NCBI GenBank assembly: GCA_003516025.1 | Contig: CP023991.1 | Coordinates: forward strand, 450,001 to 482,000 | DNA length: 32,000 bases | Reading direction: 5' to 3' | DNA from: Candidatus Saccharimonadota bacterium | GTDB lineage: Bacteria; Patescibacteriota; Saccharimonadia; Saccharimonadales; UBA4665 | Shown: one piece after another, positions 1 through 9,858 of the stretch | Position numbering within the stretch: the first letter of the stretch is position 1 | Layout of the letters: each line of letters starts with the position of its first letter | The notes under the pieces: generated by a model | What the model was told of the DNA's origin: nothing | The model's database searches: none | The model's input: the letters and a program-made list of their open reading frames with translations, nothing else | Program-made: the position numbers and the translations under genes

Positions 1-2604
1 TCGGAAGAAATTGACGAGCGCACGCAAGAAGAAATCGGTATCGCCCTGGGCGAACAATATGAGTTGCATTCCGTAACAGATAAAGTTACCGGAGTTAATG
101 AAGTCGTGCTTCGTTGGCAGGGTTCGCTGGAGCGGGCCGCCGAAGAAGGAGCGCCGCACATTCCCGCCAAGCCGGTCGGTGACAGTATTGGCCTGTTATC
201 AGATCTTGCGGAGCGTCACAACATCAGGGCTGTCCTGGTCGACGAAGCACTGTTACCGGAAACGTACCATGCTGAGCGCTACGCTGCTGCCCGCGTGCCA
301 GTCGGGCGCTGGATCAGCGACACTAAATCGCTGCCGGTGAATTTTACAAAAAACCGCCAACCGACTGACGTTGATGCCCTGGCGTTTACGCCGGCCCAAC
401 TGCGCCGGCTTTCATTCAATGTGCTGCGCGACGAGCGCCTGAGCGAGGAGCTGGAAGGCGTCGTTAATGTCCTGCGCCAGCATGAGCCGGGTCATCCGCT
501 GGTACGGAAATTCGATGATTATAAACAACAGCCAGCTCGGTTGCAGCAAGAGCTCCAGGCGACGGGTCGCCGCTGCCTGGAGCGCAAACTGGAAGACATA
601 GCTGGAATACGGACCCGTACGCCTGAGGGTGTTCCATCGCGCAGTAAAGTCTATATGGACGGCCGTATAGCCGATGGTACGGTAACCTGGCAGGGTACCG
701 GAGATCGCTTCGGCCAGATCTTTGGCCGGCAGAACGTGCTGAACGCTCTCAACCTGTCAGAAGAGACTATCACGCAAACAATTGAAAATCACGCCTACCT
801 GCCGCCGCATAAGGTGGTCACCGCCGCCGAGGCCGCCGTTTACTTGCAAGCCAGTTTGCCGCCGCTGCCCGTAGAAATGGATAGTGAGAACGACGAACCG
901 GCGCTTGCGACGACGTATTATCTGCAACACGCTATATTCGCCAGCGCCCACACTTTTGATGCCCGGCATCCCGTTACCCGTACTATAGAAACAGAAAAGC
1001 TGGAAGTAAAGACCAGGCACGCCTTCAAACACCGTTTTGCCCTCAATTTACTGGTCGGCGGTTCGGTTCTCGCGGGGTTTATACAAGGCGATCAATGGTT
1101 GCAGCAGCAATCGACGACTTATGAGCAGGCCCATCAAAAAGCCGAAGACGCCGCCAGCTATATTGAATCTTTGATTCCAACGGGCAATGCCCGGGATAAC
1201 GGCTCATATGGCAACTACGTAGGTGGCAGCCGGACCGGCCTGGGGCATGGAGTAAGCTCAATCGGCAATTCCCCTGAAAGTAAGGGTGACGCGGCAACTG
1301 AGTGGCATCTTGAAACCACCGGCGATATCAGCACCGAGGGCTATTGGAGTACCGGTACCATGAACGTCATGGACTTTGATTATCGTACCTACCGTACTGA
1401 AGACGGCAATACTTTTTTGGATCTTCCAGAACAGCCCGAACAGGAATACGACGCGACCATAAAGGTCAGCCGGGATACTGATTTTTCGGATTGGACACAG
1501 CTCGGTGACGATTTCTTTACCCTCGACGTGCCGGTTCTCCAGGGCACCATGCCGGTGGCGTCCAATATCGATGGGCGATATACCGGCGTCCTGTTACATG
1601 ATGACAATTCATTCAGCATTGTCGTAAACCGGGACAGATTCCTGGAACTGGCTGGAAGTGACCAGCGAATCAACTACTGGCTAGCCGCTGGCAGTTATAT
1701 GGGTGTTCGCGCGACATCGGGTACCTCGTATCCCGGCGACGAAAGCAATTACAACCATACTGACATTACTGATACCTGGAATGAAGCGCTCGGTTCGGCT
1801 CCTGTTGATCCCGAAGAGCGCATCCAGGCTGAAGTTGATTATATCCATGAACATTTTACCTACAGTCTCGAACCGCTGAGCGACGATACGATGGAAGATA
1901 TGGATATGTCAGGGCCTATGCTGCCGTTTAATGAATTCTTACAGATCGCCCTCGACGAAGAGAAAGCCAACTGTAATGTCGCGGCAGCGCTCGTCGCTAT
2001 GGATAATCCGCAGCTTAATCCAGCAGTCGGCTATTTTAATGGTACTGACGCCGATTCTAAGCCGGAAAGTCTACAGTCCGGCGAGTCGCACATGTGGCTG
2101 GTTGACAGCGAAGGTCATACGATTGACCCGACGCCGACCAAGGAGGCGCTGACCGATAAAATTGAGAATATTCTGGGGAGCAAGCAAGCAGCCGTGCTGG
2201 CTGGATTCGCGCTCGTCGGCGTAGCTTTTGAGGTCGTGCGCCGCCGCAGCCGCCGCTGGCGCGCTCAAAAGCTGGTTGACAGCTACTCGACCGGGGAATT
2301 ATATGCCGCCAAACAAGTAGCTGACCGGGCAAGTTTCGCCAAGGATTTCGACCTGCGGCGCATCCAACCGGCTCCCGAAAGTCTTGGCCGCGAGAAAGCG
2401 CTCGAGACTGCCAGCAAGCAGCACCTGCATGATGAACATGTCTCTGAAAGTCTGCGGACCGTCAGCCGGGAAGCTCCGACTAGGAAACAACGCCGCGCCG
2501 CCCGTAAGGCCCAGCGCGTCCTGAAAACCCTGCGCACAGCTGGCGTGGTTGAAAAACTGGCGCATCAGCGCTCCGGTGGCGACTTGCGGGGTATCCTCAG
2601 TTAA
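1..2604 (+). CDS. Large membrane-anchored protein with transglutaminase-like Cys-His-Asp core (5' end outside window)
   Basis: Frame 1 is open from nt 1: SEEIDERTQEE... precedes the TTG at 64 used by the ORF track, so the true start is probably upstream. The C-terminal third has a papain-like transglutaminase signature: EKANCNVAAALVAM (Cys codon 1972-1974), then SGESHMWLVDSEGHTIDPTP (His 2089-2091, Asp 2125-2127). This is followed by a hydrophobic helix AAVLAGFALVGVAFEVV and an Arg/Lys-rich tail. A second hydrophobic segment, FALNLLVGGSVLAGFI, lies about 300 aa upstream. Stop TAA at 2602-2604. Confidence 0.6.
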   Translation, partial: SEEIDERTQEEIGIALGEQYELHSVTDKVTGVNEVVLRWQGSLERAAEEGAPHIPAKPVGDSIGLLSDLAERHNIRAVLVDEALLPETYHAERYAAARVPVGRWISDTKSLPVNFTKNRQPTDVDALAFTPAQLRRLSFNVLRDERLSEELEGVVNVLRQHEPGHPLVRKFDDYKQQPARLQQELQATGRRCLERKLEDIAGIRTRTPEGVPSRSKVYMDGRIADGTVTWQGTGDRFGQIFGRQNVLNALNLSEETITQTIENHAYLPPHKVVTAAEAAVYLQASLPPLPVEMDSENDEPALATTYYLQHAIFASAHTFDARHPVTRTIETEKLEVKTRHAFKHRFALNLLVGGSVLAGFIQGDQWLQQQSTTYEQAHQKAEDAASYIESLIPTGNARDNGSYGNYVGGSRTGLGHGVSSIGNSPESKGDAATEWHLETTGDISTEGYWSTGTMNVMDFDYRTYRTEDGNTFLDLPEQPEQEYDATIKVSRDTDFSDWTQLGDDFFTLDVPVLQGTMPVASNIDGRYTGVLLHDDNSFSIVVNRDRFLELAGSDQRINYWLAAGSYMGVRATSGTSYPGDESNYNHTDITDTWNEALGSAPVDPEERIQAEVDYIHEHFTYSLEPLSDDTMEDMDMSGPMLPFNEFLQIALDEEKANCNVAAALVAMDNPQLNPAVGYFNGTDADSKPESLQSGESHMWLVDSEGHTIDPTPTKEALTDKIENILGSKQAAVLAGFALVGVAFEVVRRRSRRWRAQKLVDSYSTGELYAAKQVADRASFAKDFDLRRIQPAPESLGREKALETASKQHLHDEHVSESLRTVSREAPTRKQRRAARKAQRVLKTLRTAGVVEKLAHQRSGGDLRGILS

Positions 2605-2625
2605 AGTTGTCGTACACTAGAGTGT

Positions 2626-3204
2626 ATGGCCGTTGACTCACTATTAAATTTTTTGAACCTTCCCGCTTATGAAGTCGCAGCGCGCCTCCTCGGTTGTTTG
2701 CTGGAATACGACGACGGGCAAATAAGACTGGTTGGTCGGATCGTAGAAACCGAGGCCTACAATCAGTCTGATGCGGCCAGCCACAGTTATAAAGGCCGTA
2801 CGCCGCGTACTGATGTTATGTTCGGGCCGGCCGGCCACTTGTATGTCTATTTTACGTACGGCATGCATTACTGCTGTAATGTGGTGACGGGCAGGGAGGG
2901 GGAAGGGTCGGCAGTGTTGATTCGCGCGCTCGAACCGCTGGAAGGTTTAGATATCATGGAGGGCAACCGCCGCGGTCGCGCCGGAGTAGAACTTGCGAAC
3001 GGTCCCGCCAAACTATGCCAGGCCTATGGAATTGACAAAACCTGGAACGGCCACGACTTGCGCCAGCCGCCACTACGCCTGCAACTAGCCGAAGCCGTGC
3101 CGCCGGAAAACATTGTTGTGACGCCGCGAATTGGCATATCCCAGGCCAAAGACAAGCCCTGGCGGTTCTACATCAAAGGCAACCCGTACGTATCAAAGGC
3201 TTAG
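2626..3204 (+). CDS. mpg: DNA-3-methyladenine (methylpurine) glycosylase, MPG/AAG family
   Basis: 192 aa. The core VGRIVETEAYNQSDAASHSYKGRTPRTDVMFGPAGHLYVYFTYGMHYCCNVV matches the conserved methylpurine-DNA glycosylase family signature (ETEAY ... D.ASH ... R...MFG..G..YVY..YG). TACACT at 2613-2618 lies 7 nt before the ATG. Confidence 0.85.
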   Translation: MAVDSLLNFLNLPAYEVAARLLGCLLEYDDGQIRLVGRIVETEAYNQSDAASHSYKGRTPRTDVMFGPAGHLYVYFTYGMHYCCNVVTGREGEGSAVLIRALEPLEGLDIMEGNRRGRAGVELANGPAKLCQAYGIDKTWNGHDLRQPPLRLQLAEAVPPENIVVTPRIGISQAKDKPWRFYIKGNPYVSKA

Positions 3205-3473
3205 AAGTCAAAAATATCCGATAGGAACGATTCCTTTTTCTTCTTGGGGTACTGCTTGTTTCCGCCATCCTGGTATTCAGTTCGGTGTTGCTGCTGTGTT
3301 TTAGTGTATGAATAGTCTTGAGCCTGTCCGAAGTTGCCACCGCTACTGCGTTCGATGAGCTTATCCAGCTCTCCCCGGTCGAGCCAGACGCCGCGGCACT
3401 GCGGGCAATAGTCGATTTCTATGCCGCTTCGCTCGGTCATTACCAGTGTAGTGGTATCATTTGGACAGTTCAT
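3201..3473 (-). CDS. Small TFIIB-type zinc-ribbon protein (zf-TFIIB family)
   Basis: 90 aa. IEIDYCPQCRGVWLDRGELDKLIE is the characteristic CPxC + GVWLDxGELxKL motif of this small-protein family. The C-terminus is Lys-rich. AAAGGAG lies 6 nt upstream of the ATG. The stop overlaps the stop of mpg (3201-3204). Confidence 0.7.
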   Translation of the reverse strand: MNCPNDTTTLVMTERSGIEIDYCPQCRGVWLDRGELDKLIERSSGGNFGQAQDYSYTKTQQQHRTEYQDGGNKQYPKKKKESFLSDIFDF

Positions 3474-3532
3474 AGGCTACTCCTTTAGATTGCCTCTATG
3501 GTACCGGCCGGAACTTAAAACTGGCTGGAAGA

Positions 3533-4609
3533 ATGGGCTGGCAGTATACTGCCAGTATGAAACCACGCGTTTTTAACCGTAGCATTCTGGCCCGGGAACA
3601 CCTGGAACTATTCCTGATATCTGCCATTGGCAGTTTACTGGCTATTCGGGCGCTGTTGCATCTGACCGGCTATCCGCAGCTCGGCGGCGGCGGCTTTCAT
3701 ATCGCCCATATGTTGTATGGCGATATCTTGATGGGCGCGGCTGACGTTCTTATGCTGGCCTTTATCGGCGCCCGCGTACAGCGTCTGGCAGCGCTTATCG
3801 GTGGCATTGGTTTCGGTGCTTTTATCGATGAACTCGGCAAATTTATTACCAGCGATAATGATTACTTTTTTCAGCCAGCCATCGGTTTAATTTATGCTAT
3901 CTTTGTTATTTTGTACCTGACATTTAACTTTTTAGGACGGCAGCAGCGATTGACGTCGCGCGAGTACCAGCTAAACGCGCTGACGCAACTCGAAGAGGCT
4001 ATCGTGCATGATCTGGAGCCGACAGAAAAAATGCGGGCCCTGGCATTGCTGCGCAAAGCTGACCAGAAAAATCCCATTACTCAACAGCTGCAATCCCTGG
4101 TTGAGAATGTCAATCTAGTCCCGGAAGATGAGCCTCGCCGGATTACCAAGCTGCTTCACAAGTTGGATACTGTCTATACCCGGTTTTGGCGCCGCCGGGG
4201 CTCCAACCCGGCAGTCCGGATATTCTTTATTTTAGAATCGGTCATTTTCGTGATGGCGGTGTCAGTCGGCATTTTTAAGAGCCTCAATGATGTGCTAACG
4301 GTATTTCACAATACGCCGAATTACGAAGTTATAATGGTGATCTGCCAGACGGTATCCTCACTGGTCGCCGCCGGTTTCGCCGTAGTCGGCGCTTTGCTGT
4401 TAACGCGCTCCCGGGCACAGGCGTTCGAGCAATTCCGCCGGGCGACCCTCATTAATCTATTTCTGACAGAATTTTTCCTGTTTTCGCGCGTGGAGTTCCG
4501 GGCGCTGCCTGGTTTCATATATAACCTGGTGATTTTATCGCTGGTGACATACATAATCCACCTGGAGCGGCGCAGTGGCGCCCGCGTAAAAAGTGACCAA
4601 CACCGGTAG
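3533..4609 (+). CDS. Polytopic membrane protein, unknown function
   Basis: 358 aa with several long hydrophobic segments (ELFLISAIGSLLAIRALL, ILMGAADVLMLAFIGA, LIYAIFVILYLTF, IFFILESVIFVMAVSVGIF, VSSLVAAGFAVVGALLL, LVILSLVTYII). These flank a charged central loop. GGAAGA lies just upstream of the ATG. I recognise no family motif. Confidence 0.55.
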   Translation: MGWQYTASMKPRVFNRSILAREHLELFLISAIGSLLAIRALLHLTGYPQLGGGGFHIAHMLYGDILMGAADVLMLAFIGARVQRLAALIGGIGFGAFIDELGKFITSDNDYFFQPAIGLIYAIFVILYLTFNFLGRQQRLTSREYQLNALTQLEEAIVHDLEPTEKMRALALLRKADQKNPITQQLQSLVENVNLVPEDEPRRITKLLHKLDTVYTRFWRRRGSNPAVRIFFILESVIFVMAVSVGIFKSLNDVLTVFHNTPNYEVIMVICQTVSSLVAAGFAVVGALLLTRSRAQAFEQFRRATLINLFLTEFFLFSRVEFRALPGFIYNLVILSLVTYIIHLERRSGARVKSDQHR

Positions 4610-4627
4610 AACATATATACTGTAGGT

Positions 4628-5053
4628 ATGAAAGATACCGCCACGTACATCGGCTTGCAGGTTAAGAGCCTTATGGAGCTGATCGCCGAAATTGATATGT
4701 TTATGCCTGACGAAGAATTGGTAGAAGTCTTAATTGGCCAAATGAGCGCCTGGGGAGCAGTTGAGGTTCAGGTATTGTTTCCTGTATTAGAGGCTGCGCT
4801 CGACGGTTCCGAAGAAACGACCAGTCTTGCCCGTGAGCGGCTCAACGTTATTCATGAGCTGCAGAATACCATTCACTTAGGTGAAGGCGCCGACGCTCCC
4901 TTTGCTGAGCTGGCGACTAAATATATCGATGCCCTTAAGTATCATTTACTGGTCGATATCCAGGAGATCGTGCCACTGGCCTCACAGCTTCCCGAGGGCC
5001 TGGGCGGCGAAATTACGCTGCGTATGCAGGATCTAAAGGAGGAGCTGGCTTAA
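4628..5053 (+). CDS. Acidic hypothetical protein, possibly hemerythrin-like (HHE) fold
   Basis: 141 aa. Weak resemblance to hemerythrin/HHE cation-binding repeats (VQVLFPVLEAAL; LKYHLLVDIQEIVPLA). Its stop overlaps the start of the next gene (TAATG at 5051-5055), which suggests translational coupling. TATACT at 4616-4621 lies 6 nt before the ATG. Confidence 0.45.
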   Translation: MKDTATYIGLQVKSLMELIAEIDMFMPDEELVEVLIGQMSAWGAVEVQVLFPVLEAALDGSEETTSLARERLNVIHELQNTIHLGEGADAPFAELATKYIDALKYHLLVDIQEIVPLASQLPEGLGGEITLRMQDLKEELA

Positions 5054-5889
5054 TGAACTTGGCTAGAACATATCAGGGAAAAGTGGTCGTTGTTACGGGC
5101 GGAACTTCCGGGATTGGTAAAGAATTAGTACTGCAGCTGTCCGCTTACGGCGCGCAAGTTTATTTTTCTGGGCGTAACAGCGCTGCCGCCGAATCGGTTA
5201 TAGATGCCACTGCTAACCGGGCGGTATTCATCGAGGCGGATATCCAAAAGGCGGCAGATGTGGAGTCACTGTTCGAGACTGTTTTACGAAGCAGTGAGCA
5301 CATTGATTACGTACTGCACTGCGCCGGTGTTATCTTAGGTGGGGAAATCCGTGACCACCAGCTGGCAGACATTGAGAATATTTTGCATACCAATGTGATG
5401 GGTACGGCGTACGTAGCGCACCGCGCTTATCAAATTATGGTCCGGCAAGGGTATGGCCATTTGGTTAATGTCAGCTCCGGTGCCGGACTGTTTCCGTTGC
5501 CGCTGATGGGCGTCTACAGTTCATCGAAGTTTTTTGTATATGGCCTCAGTGAAGTGCTGCGCATGGAAGGCAAAGGCCTTGGCGTTAAGGTGAGCACGGT
5601 AGCACCGGGCATTGTTGATACACCAATTTATGACAGGGGACGTTACAGCAAAACCGATAAGGGTACAACCATTAAACTGTTTAAAAGCCGTCTGTGGACT
5701 ATGCAAGCAGATAAGGCGGCTCACAGGATACTTAAAGGCGTGGCACGTAACCGAACCGTTATTCACACGCAATTGTATGTACGTTCCTCGTGGTTGTCCT
5801 ATCGGTTATTCCCGCATATCTTCCGGTTTGTCGTGACCCGTCTCATGGGACCGTATCGTAAGCGCCTGCGCGCCAACGATGGAAATTAG
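5053..5889 (+). CDS. Short-chain dehydrogenase/reductase (SDR) family oxidoreductase
   Basis: 278 aa. N-terminal Rossmann motif [14 protein letters not shown] (TGxxxGIG), NVSS, and catalytic YSSSK (YxxxK). GGAGGAG Shine-Dalgarno upstream. Confidence 0.85.
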   Translation: MNLARTYQGKVVVVTGGTSGIGKELVLQLSAYGAQVYFSGRNSAAAESVIDATANRAVFIEADIQKAADVESLFETVLRSSEHIDYVLHCAGVILGGEIRDHQLADIENILHTNVMGTAYVAHRAYQIMVRQGYGHLVNVSSGAGLFPLPLMGVYSSSKFFVYGLSEVLRMEGKGLGVKVSTVAPGIVDTPIYDRGRYSKTDKGTTIKLFKSRLWTMQADKAAHRILKGVARNRTVIHTQLYVRSSWLSYRLFPHIFRFVVTRLMGPYRKRLRANDGN

Positions 5890-6800
5890 GGCAGGTGATT
5901 ACCGCCTGTAACACCGATGATCTCACCGGTAATGTAGCTCGATTCCTGGCTGGCGAGAAATACATAAGCTGGAGCTAATTCGGCTGGCTGCCCGGCACGT
6001 CCGAGCGGGGTATCCTGACCGAATTCAGGCAAGGCTTCCTGCGGCTGCCCGCCGCTTGGCTGCAATGGTGTCCAGATAGGACCGGGCGCAACGCCGTTGA
6101 CACGGATGCCCTTGCTGGCGACCTGCTGAGCAAAGTTGTGGGTAAAATTGGCGATAGCAGCTTTAGTCATGGCGTAGTCAAGCAGCGTCGGCGACGGCTG
6201 GTAGGCCTGGATAGACGTAGTATTGATAATTGTCGCGCCAGCCGGCATGTGCGGCAGGGCGAATTTACTTAGCCAAACCATGGCATAAACGTTGGTGGCA
6301 AAGGTTTTTTCCATTTGCTCGGTTGTGAGATCGGCGATGGCCTCGACGGCTGTTTGTTTGCCAGCGTTATTAACCAGAATATCTATGCCGCCTAATTCCT
6401 GAACGGCCCGATCGATTAATTGCTGGCAGTTCTCCTCGACGCTTAAATCAAGAGCTACACCGACGCCTTTGTGGCCAGTGGCTTCGATATGTTCCAGAAC
6501 TTCTTTGGCGTCATCCTCTTCCTCGGGCAGGTAGGCAATAACCACGTCAGCGCCTTCCCGGGCAAAAGCCAGGGCGGTCGCCCGTCCAATGCCGCTGTCC
6601 CCGCCGGTAACTACAGCCTTGCGCCCCTGCAGGCGCTCGCTGCCTCGGTAGGTGTCTTCGCCGTGGTCCGGCTTTGGTGTCATGTCTTTTGCCAGTCCAG
6701 GCGCGTCCATTGGCTGTTTGGGAAAGCCTTCGCTGTGGTACTGGGTTGTCGGATCCTGCATCTTGTATTGATCGGATTTTGAAGCGGTATCATCGGGCAT
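5886..6800 (-). CDS. SDR family oxidoreductase (YhdF/YghA-like, with N-terminal extension)
   Basis: 304 aa. [30 protein letters not shown] (TGxxxGIG), NNAG, and the PGPIWTPL motif typical of this SDR subgroup. The N-terminal extension of about 55 aa is hydrophilic. AGGAGA lies upstream of the ATG. The stop overlaps the stop of the convergent SDR (5886-5889). Confidence 0.85.
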   Translation of the reverse strand: MPDDTASKSDQYKMQDPTTQYHSEGFPKQPMDAPGLAKDMTPKPDHGEDTYRGSERLQGRKAVVTGGDSGIGRATALAFAREGADVVIAYLPEEEDDAKEVLEHIEATGHKGVGVALDLSVEENCQQLIDRAVQELGGIDILVNNAGKQTAVEAIADLTTEQMEKTFATNVYAMVWLSKFALPHMPAGATIINTTSIQAYQPSPTLLDYAMTKAAIANFTHNFAQQVASKGIRVNGVAPGPIWTPLQPSGGQPQEALPEFGQDTPLGRAGQPAELAPAYVFLASQESSYITGEIIGVTGGNHLP

Positions 6801-6851
6801 AATGGTTCTCCTGTTAACTATTCCCTGGTTACTGTAGGCGCTTGGGCGGCG

Positions 6852-6898
6852 GATGTTTGTAACATCTTTTACTGCGCGGCAATTTTTTGTTTATAACA
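6852..6898. promoter_or_regulatory. Two TGTT-N3-AACA inverted repeats in the divergent SDR/orphan intergenic region
   Basis: GATGTTTGTAACATC at 6852-6866 has perfect 6-bp arms. TGTTTATAACA at 6888-6898 has 4-bp arms. The centres are 34 bp apart. No regulator gene is adjacent. Confidence 0.25.
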
Positions 6899-6936
6899 GC
6901 GTTGCAAAGCGCTATATTTACGTGTACAACTGTCAT

Positions 6937-7656
6937 ATGAGTTTTGAAAGCGCGCCGGTACCGGGCTCAGATAACAGCCAGTATCCAGGCGCGATGATCG
7001 ACAATATAATGCTTGAGAACCAGGTGGTGCTGGCGCGTCCGCAGGACGTCTATTTGCGGGAGTTCGCGGCCATACCACAGCTTTACCTGCCACTGGCTCA
7101 AACCGTTGCCCGGCAGGTAAGCGACGTCCAGATCGAAACCATGAGTAAACCCCAGGACACCGCCGCGGTACTGAGCGGTATGCACTGTGCTTATACCTTG
7201 GCCCGGAAGGCCATGGTGCCGGAAACTACGCCGCAAATGAGTAAATGGCACTTTCAGCACGAAAGTTTACTACGCGGTGCCGCGCAATATCGTCTTGCCA
7301 GCCCGGTCGCGCGGCAGTTAGCTGAGGAATGTCATGAAGTCGTAGATATGTCAGGTACGAACCCGCAACTGACTCGGTCCGGCATCCTGGTAGGCTTGTA
7401 CATGCTTGATCTCGGCGAGCGCCATAAACAGGATGTCCGGCTCCGACGCGCACAAGACCAGGAACTCGGCGACATGCTTATGGAAACATTCCTTGACCAT
7501 GCCTGGTCCCAGCGCCGCGGTGACCGCAGCTTCGGTAAAATTGCCCTGGCCGGTCTTAGTGAAGCAGGCCGCAGGCGGCATAAGAGCCTGGTCGAACGCC
7601 ACCGGACTGAGGTTGAGGCAGCTATTTTCCGGCGGATCGTGGGGGAATTGGCCTAG
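6937..7656 (+). CDS. Hypothetical protein (orphan)
   Basis: The ORF track starts at 6853, but the first 28 codons ([17 protein letters not shown]...) run through an AT-rich promoter-like stretch. I prefer the ATG at 6937, which is preceded by TTGCAA (6902-6907), a 17-nt spacer, TACAAC (6925-6930) and then 6 nt. No recognisable motif. Composition resembles the flanking core genes. Confidence 0.45.
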   Translation: MSFESAPVPGSDNSQYPGAMIDNIMLENQVVLARPQDVYLREFAAIPQLYLPLAQTVARQVSDVQIETMSKPQDTAAVLSGMHCAYTLARKAMVPETTPQMSKWHFQHESLLRGAAQYRLASPVARQLAEECHEVVDMSGTNPQLTRSGILVGLYMLDLGERHKQDVRLRRAQDQELGDMLMETFLDHAWSQRRGDRSFGKIALAGLSEAGRRRHKSLVERHRTEVEAAIFRRIVGELA

Positions 7657-7707
7657 TTTAAACAGGCTGCGTACGTCTTTCCAAGGTATGGTATATAATC
7701 ATTAGAA

Positions 7708-9858
7708 ATGCCGAGCATCATCGAACTATTACCAAAAGTTGTATCTGAGGGACGACGCGAAGCAAACCGTATACTTGAGGGTCTCAGTAACAGCTCCCGT
7801 GTAAGTCTGCAAACAAATGAATTCGTCATTCCTAATAAGGATATGGCCCAAACCAAGCTTGAGAATAACTTATCTGCAACTAGCGAGCAGAATAGTGAAT
7901 GGAAGAACCGTCTTATTTACGGCGACAACCTGCTCGTCATGCAAGCTCTGCTGGCTGGAGATCCTGAAACCGGCCTTGACAGCATGCGTGGGAAAGTTGA
8001 CCTAATATACATCGATCCCCCGTTTGATAGCAAAGCCGATTATAGAACAAAAATAGAATTACCGGGCGGTAACATCGATAGTAAGCCGACTGTGCTTGAG
8101 CAGTTTGCCTATGCCGACACTTGGAGTGGTAATGTTGGCGGCGAAGACGTAAAAGGTACGCTTGCATACTTACGATACATGTATCCTCGGCTAGCCTTAA
8201 TGCGGGAACTGTTAAGCGAGCAAGGCAGCGTCTATGTACACATTGATTGGCATGTGGGGCACTACATGAAAGTTATACTCGACGAAATTTTTGGTAAAGA
8301 CCTTTTTGTTAATGAAGTGGTGACACGGTCAACTGATCCGAAAAATAATACTACTAAAAGCTATAGTAAAATACACCAGCATCTATTTTTATACAGTAAA
8401 ACTGATTCATATATCATGAAGCCAAAACAAGGTGAAGTAAGTGAATCGGCTTTAAGTGAGTATAGTTATTTCCAAAAACTTGATGGCGAGGTTATTCCCG
8501 CCAAGGATGCCGACGGATTAGAAGGGCGTTTTTTCAAGCTGGAAAATACTACGGCGCCAAAATATACACCTAACCGGGTATTTGAATGGTACGGCTACAA
8601 GCCTAAAAACGGATGGCGCTACTCTCAAGAAAAAATGGATGAAATGCTCGCCCAGGGTGAGATATATCTTAAAAATGGCCAGGCTTCCAGCAGATGTCAT
8701 ATTAAATACCTAGATGAAATTGGGGACGGTATTTTATCCGATTTGTGGGTGGATATCGGTACTATGAAGGGTGGTTCAAGATACGCTACTGAGAAACCTG
8801 AAAAATTGCTCGAACGGGTTATTAAAGTCTCCTCGAATGAAGACTCTATCGTTATGGATTTTTTTGGTGGCTCGGGAACGACTGCCGCTGTCGCCGAAAA
8901 ACTTGGCCGCCGCTGGGTTACAAGCGACATAGGCAAACCCGCAACCATGATAATGAGAAAGCGTTTAATTGACGATGAGTCAGGTGAGTTTCTGTACCAG
9001 TCCATTGGCGACTATCAGCGTGAACAACTTACCAATACCATGGGTAGTAAATATCGCATCGGTGACCTCAACCAAGTCGTCCTGAAACTATATGGCGCAA
9101 CGGAATTCCGCCGTGAAGATAATCCGGCGCGAAATCTTGGACAGATTAGCCGCAGCAAGAACCTTATTATGGCTACCAGCCCGTCGCAGCTGGTCAACTA
9201 CAATACTATCAAAAATGTACTTGATGCGCGCGACACATTCATGGGAGGCGGCTGGAGTAAAGTGACCCTGCTTGGCTGGAACTTTGCAGGCACTATTGGC
9301 CAGGAGCTGGAACATGTACCGGAGTATAAAAACGGCTCACTAGAAGTTAAGATTATCCCACCGGACTTGCTCGATCAAATCAAGAGTAAAACGACGTTTA
9401 AAAAGCTTAGCGATAAAGTAATGGTAGATGAAGATGGTACTGTACGTACTCCGGTCCGATTCAGTAGTCTCCAGTATCTGACGCTGAGTAATGTCCAGAA
9501 TAGTAGCCTCGGTAATGAAGACGAACTGTTTATAGAATTAGGCAACTACATGCTTCTAAGTGCCGATAGCCTCCCCCTCGACCATAAAAACCGGGATAAG
9601 CTTAATGATGTTATTACCCGTGAACCTTTAGCGCTCATTGAATACTGGAGTATTGACCCGGACTTCGATGGTAAAACATTCCGCAGCGTATGGCAGGATT
9701 ATCGTGGTAATGTGGAAAATGACAGTGATCCGCTACGGGTAGTTACGAGCGCAAGTTTACGAGTGCCGCATCGAGCCAAGCGTACGGTTGCAGTCCGCGC
9801 CGTCGATGTTTTTGGCTGGGAAAGCGAAGTTATCGTAAAGGTTATGACAAATGAGTAA
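7708..9858 (+). CDS. mod: Type III restriction-modification system, Mod subunit (beta-class N6-adenine DNA methyltransferase)
   Basis: 716 aa. Motif [13 protein letters not shown] lies upstream of the AdoMet motif [24 protein letters not shown]. This circularly permuted beta order is typical of Type III Mod. An AT-rich putative target-recognition region lies between the two motifs. The stop overlaps the res start by 8 nt (ATGAGTAA, 9851-9858). Confidence 0.85.
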   Translation: MPSIIELLPKVVSEGRREANRILEGLSNSSRVSLQTNEFVIPNKDMAQTKLENNLSATSEQNSEWKNRLIYGDNLLVMQALLAGDPETGLDSMRGKVDLIYIDPPFDSKADYRTKIELPGGNIDSKPTVLEQFAYADTWSGNVGGEDVKGTLAYLRYMYPRLALMRELLSEQGSVYVHIDWHVGHYMKVILDEIFGKDLFVNEVVTRSTDPKNNTTKSYSKIHQHLFLYSKTDSYIMKPKQGEVSESALSEYSYFQKLDGEVIPAKDADGLEGRFFKLENTTAPKYTPNRVFEWYGYKPKNGWRYSQEKMDEMLAQGEIYLKNGQASSRCHIKYLDEIGDGILSDLWVDIGTMKGGSRYATEKPEKLLERVIKVSSNEDSIVMDFFGGSGTTAAVAEKLGRRWVTSDIGKPATMIMRKRLIDDESGEFLYQSIGDYQREQLTNTMGSKYRIGDLNQVVLKLYGATEFRREDNPARNLGQISRSKNLIMATSPSQLVNYNTIKNVLDARDTFMGGGWSKVTLLGWNFAGTIGQELEHVPEYKNGSLEVKIIPPDLLDQIKSKTTFKKLSDKVMVDEDGTVRTPVRFSSLQYLTLSNVQNSSLGNEDELFIELGNYMLLSADSLPLDHKNRDKLNDVITREPLALIEYWSIDPDFDGKTFRSVWQDYRGNVENDSDPLRVVTSASLRVPHRAKRTVAVRAVDVFGWESEVIVKVMTNE

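Noticed and set aside
64-66. The TTG at 64 as the start of the first gene (ORF-track call)
   Set aside because: The same frame is open all the way back to nt 1, with sensible acidic/hydrophilic sequence and no upstream promoter or RBS signal. The gene is more likely truncated by the window edge.
6853-6936. N-terminal extensions in the ORF track: 6853 for the orphan, 15216 for the dinB-like gene, 21381 for the Fur-family gene and 26045 for yajQ
   Set aside because: In each case an internal ATG is preceded by a good RBS or a correctly spaced -10 hexamer. That ATG yields the canonical family N-terminus or length, and the extensions translate promoter-like AT-rich sequence.
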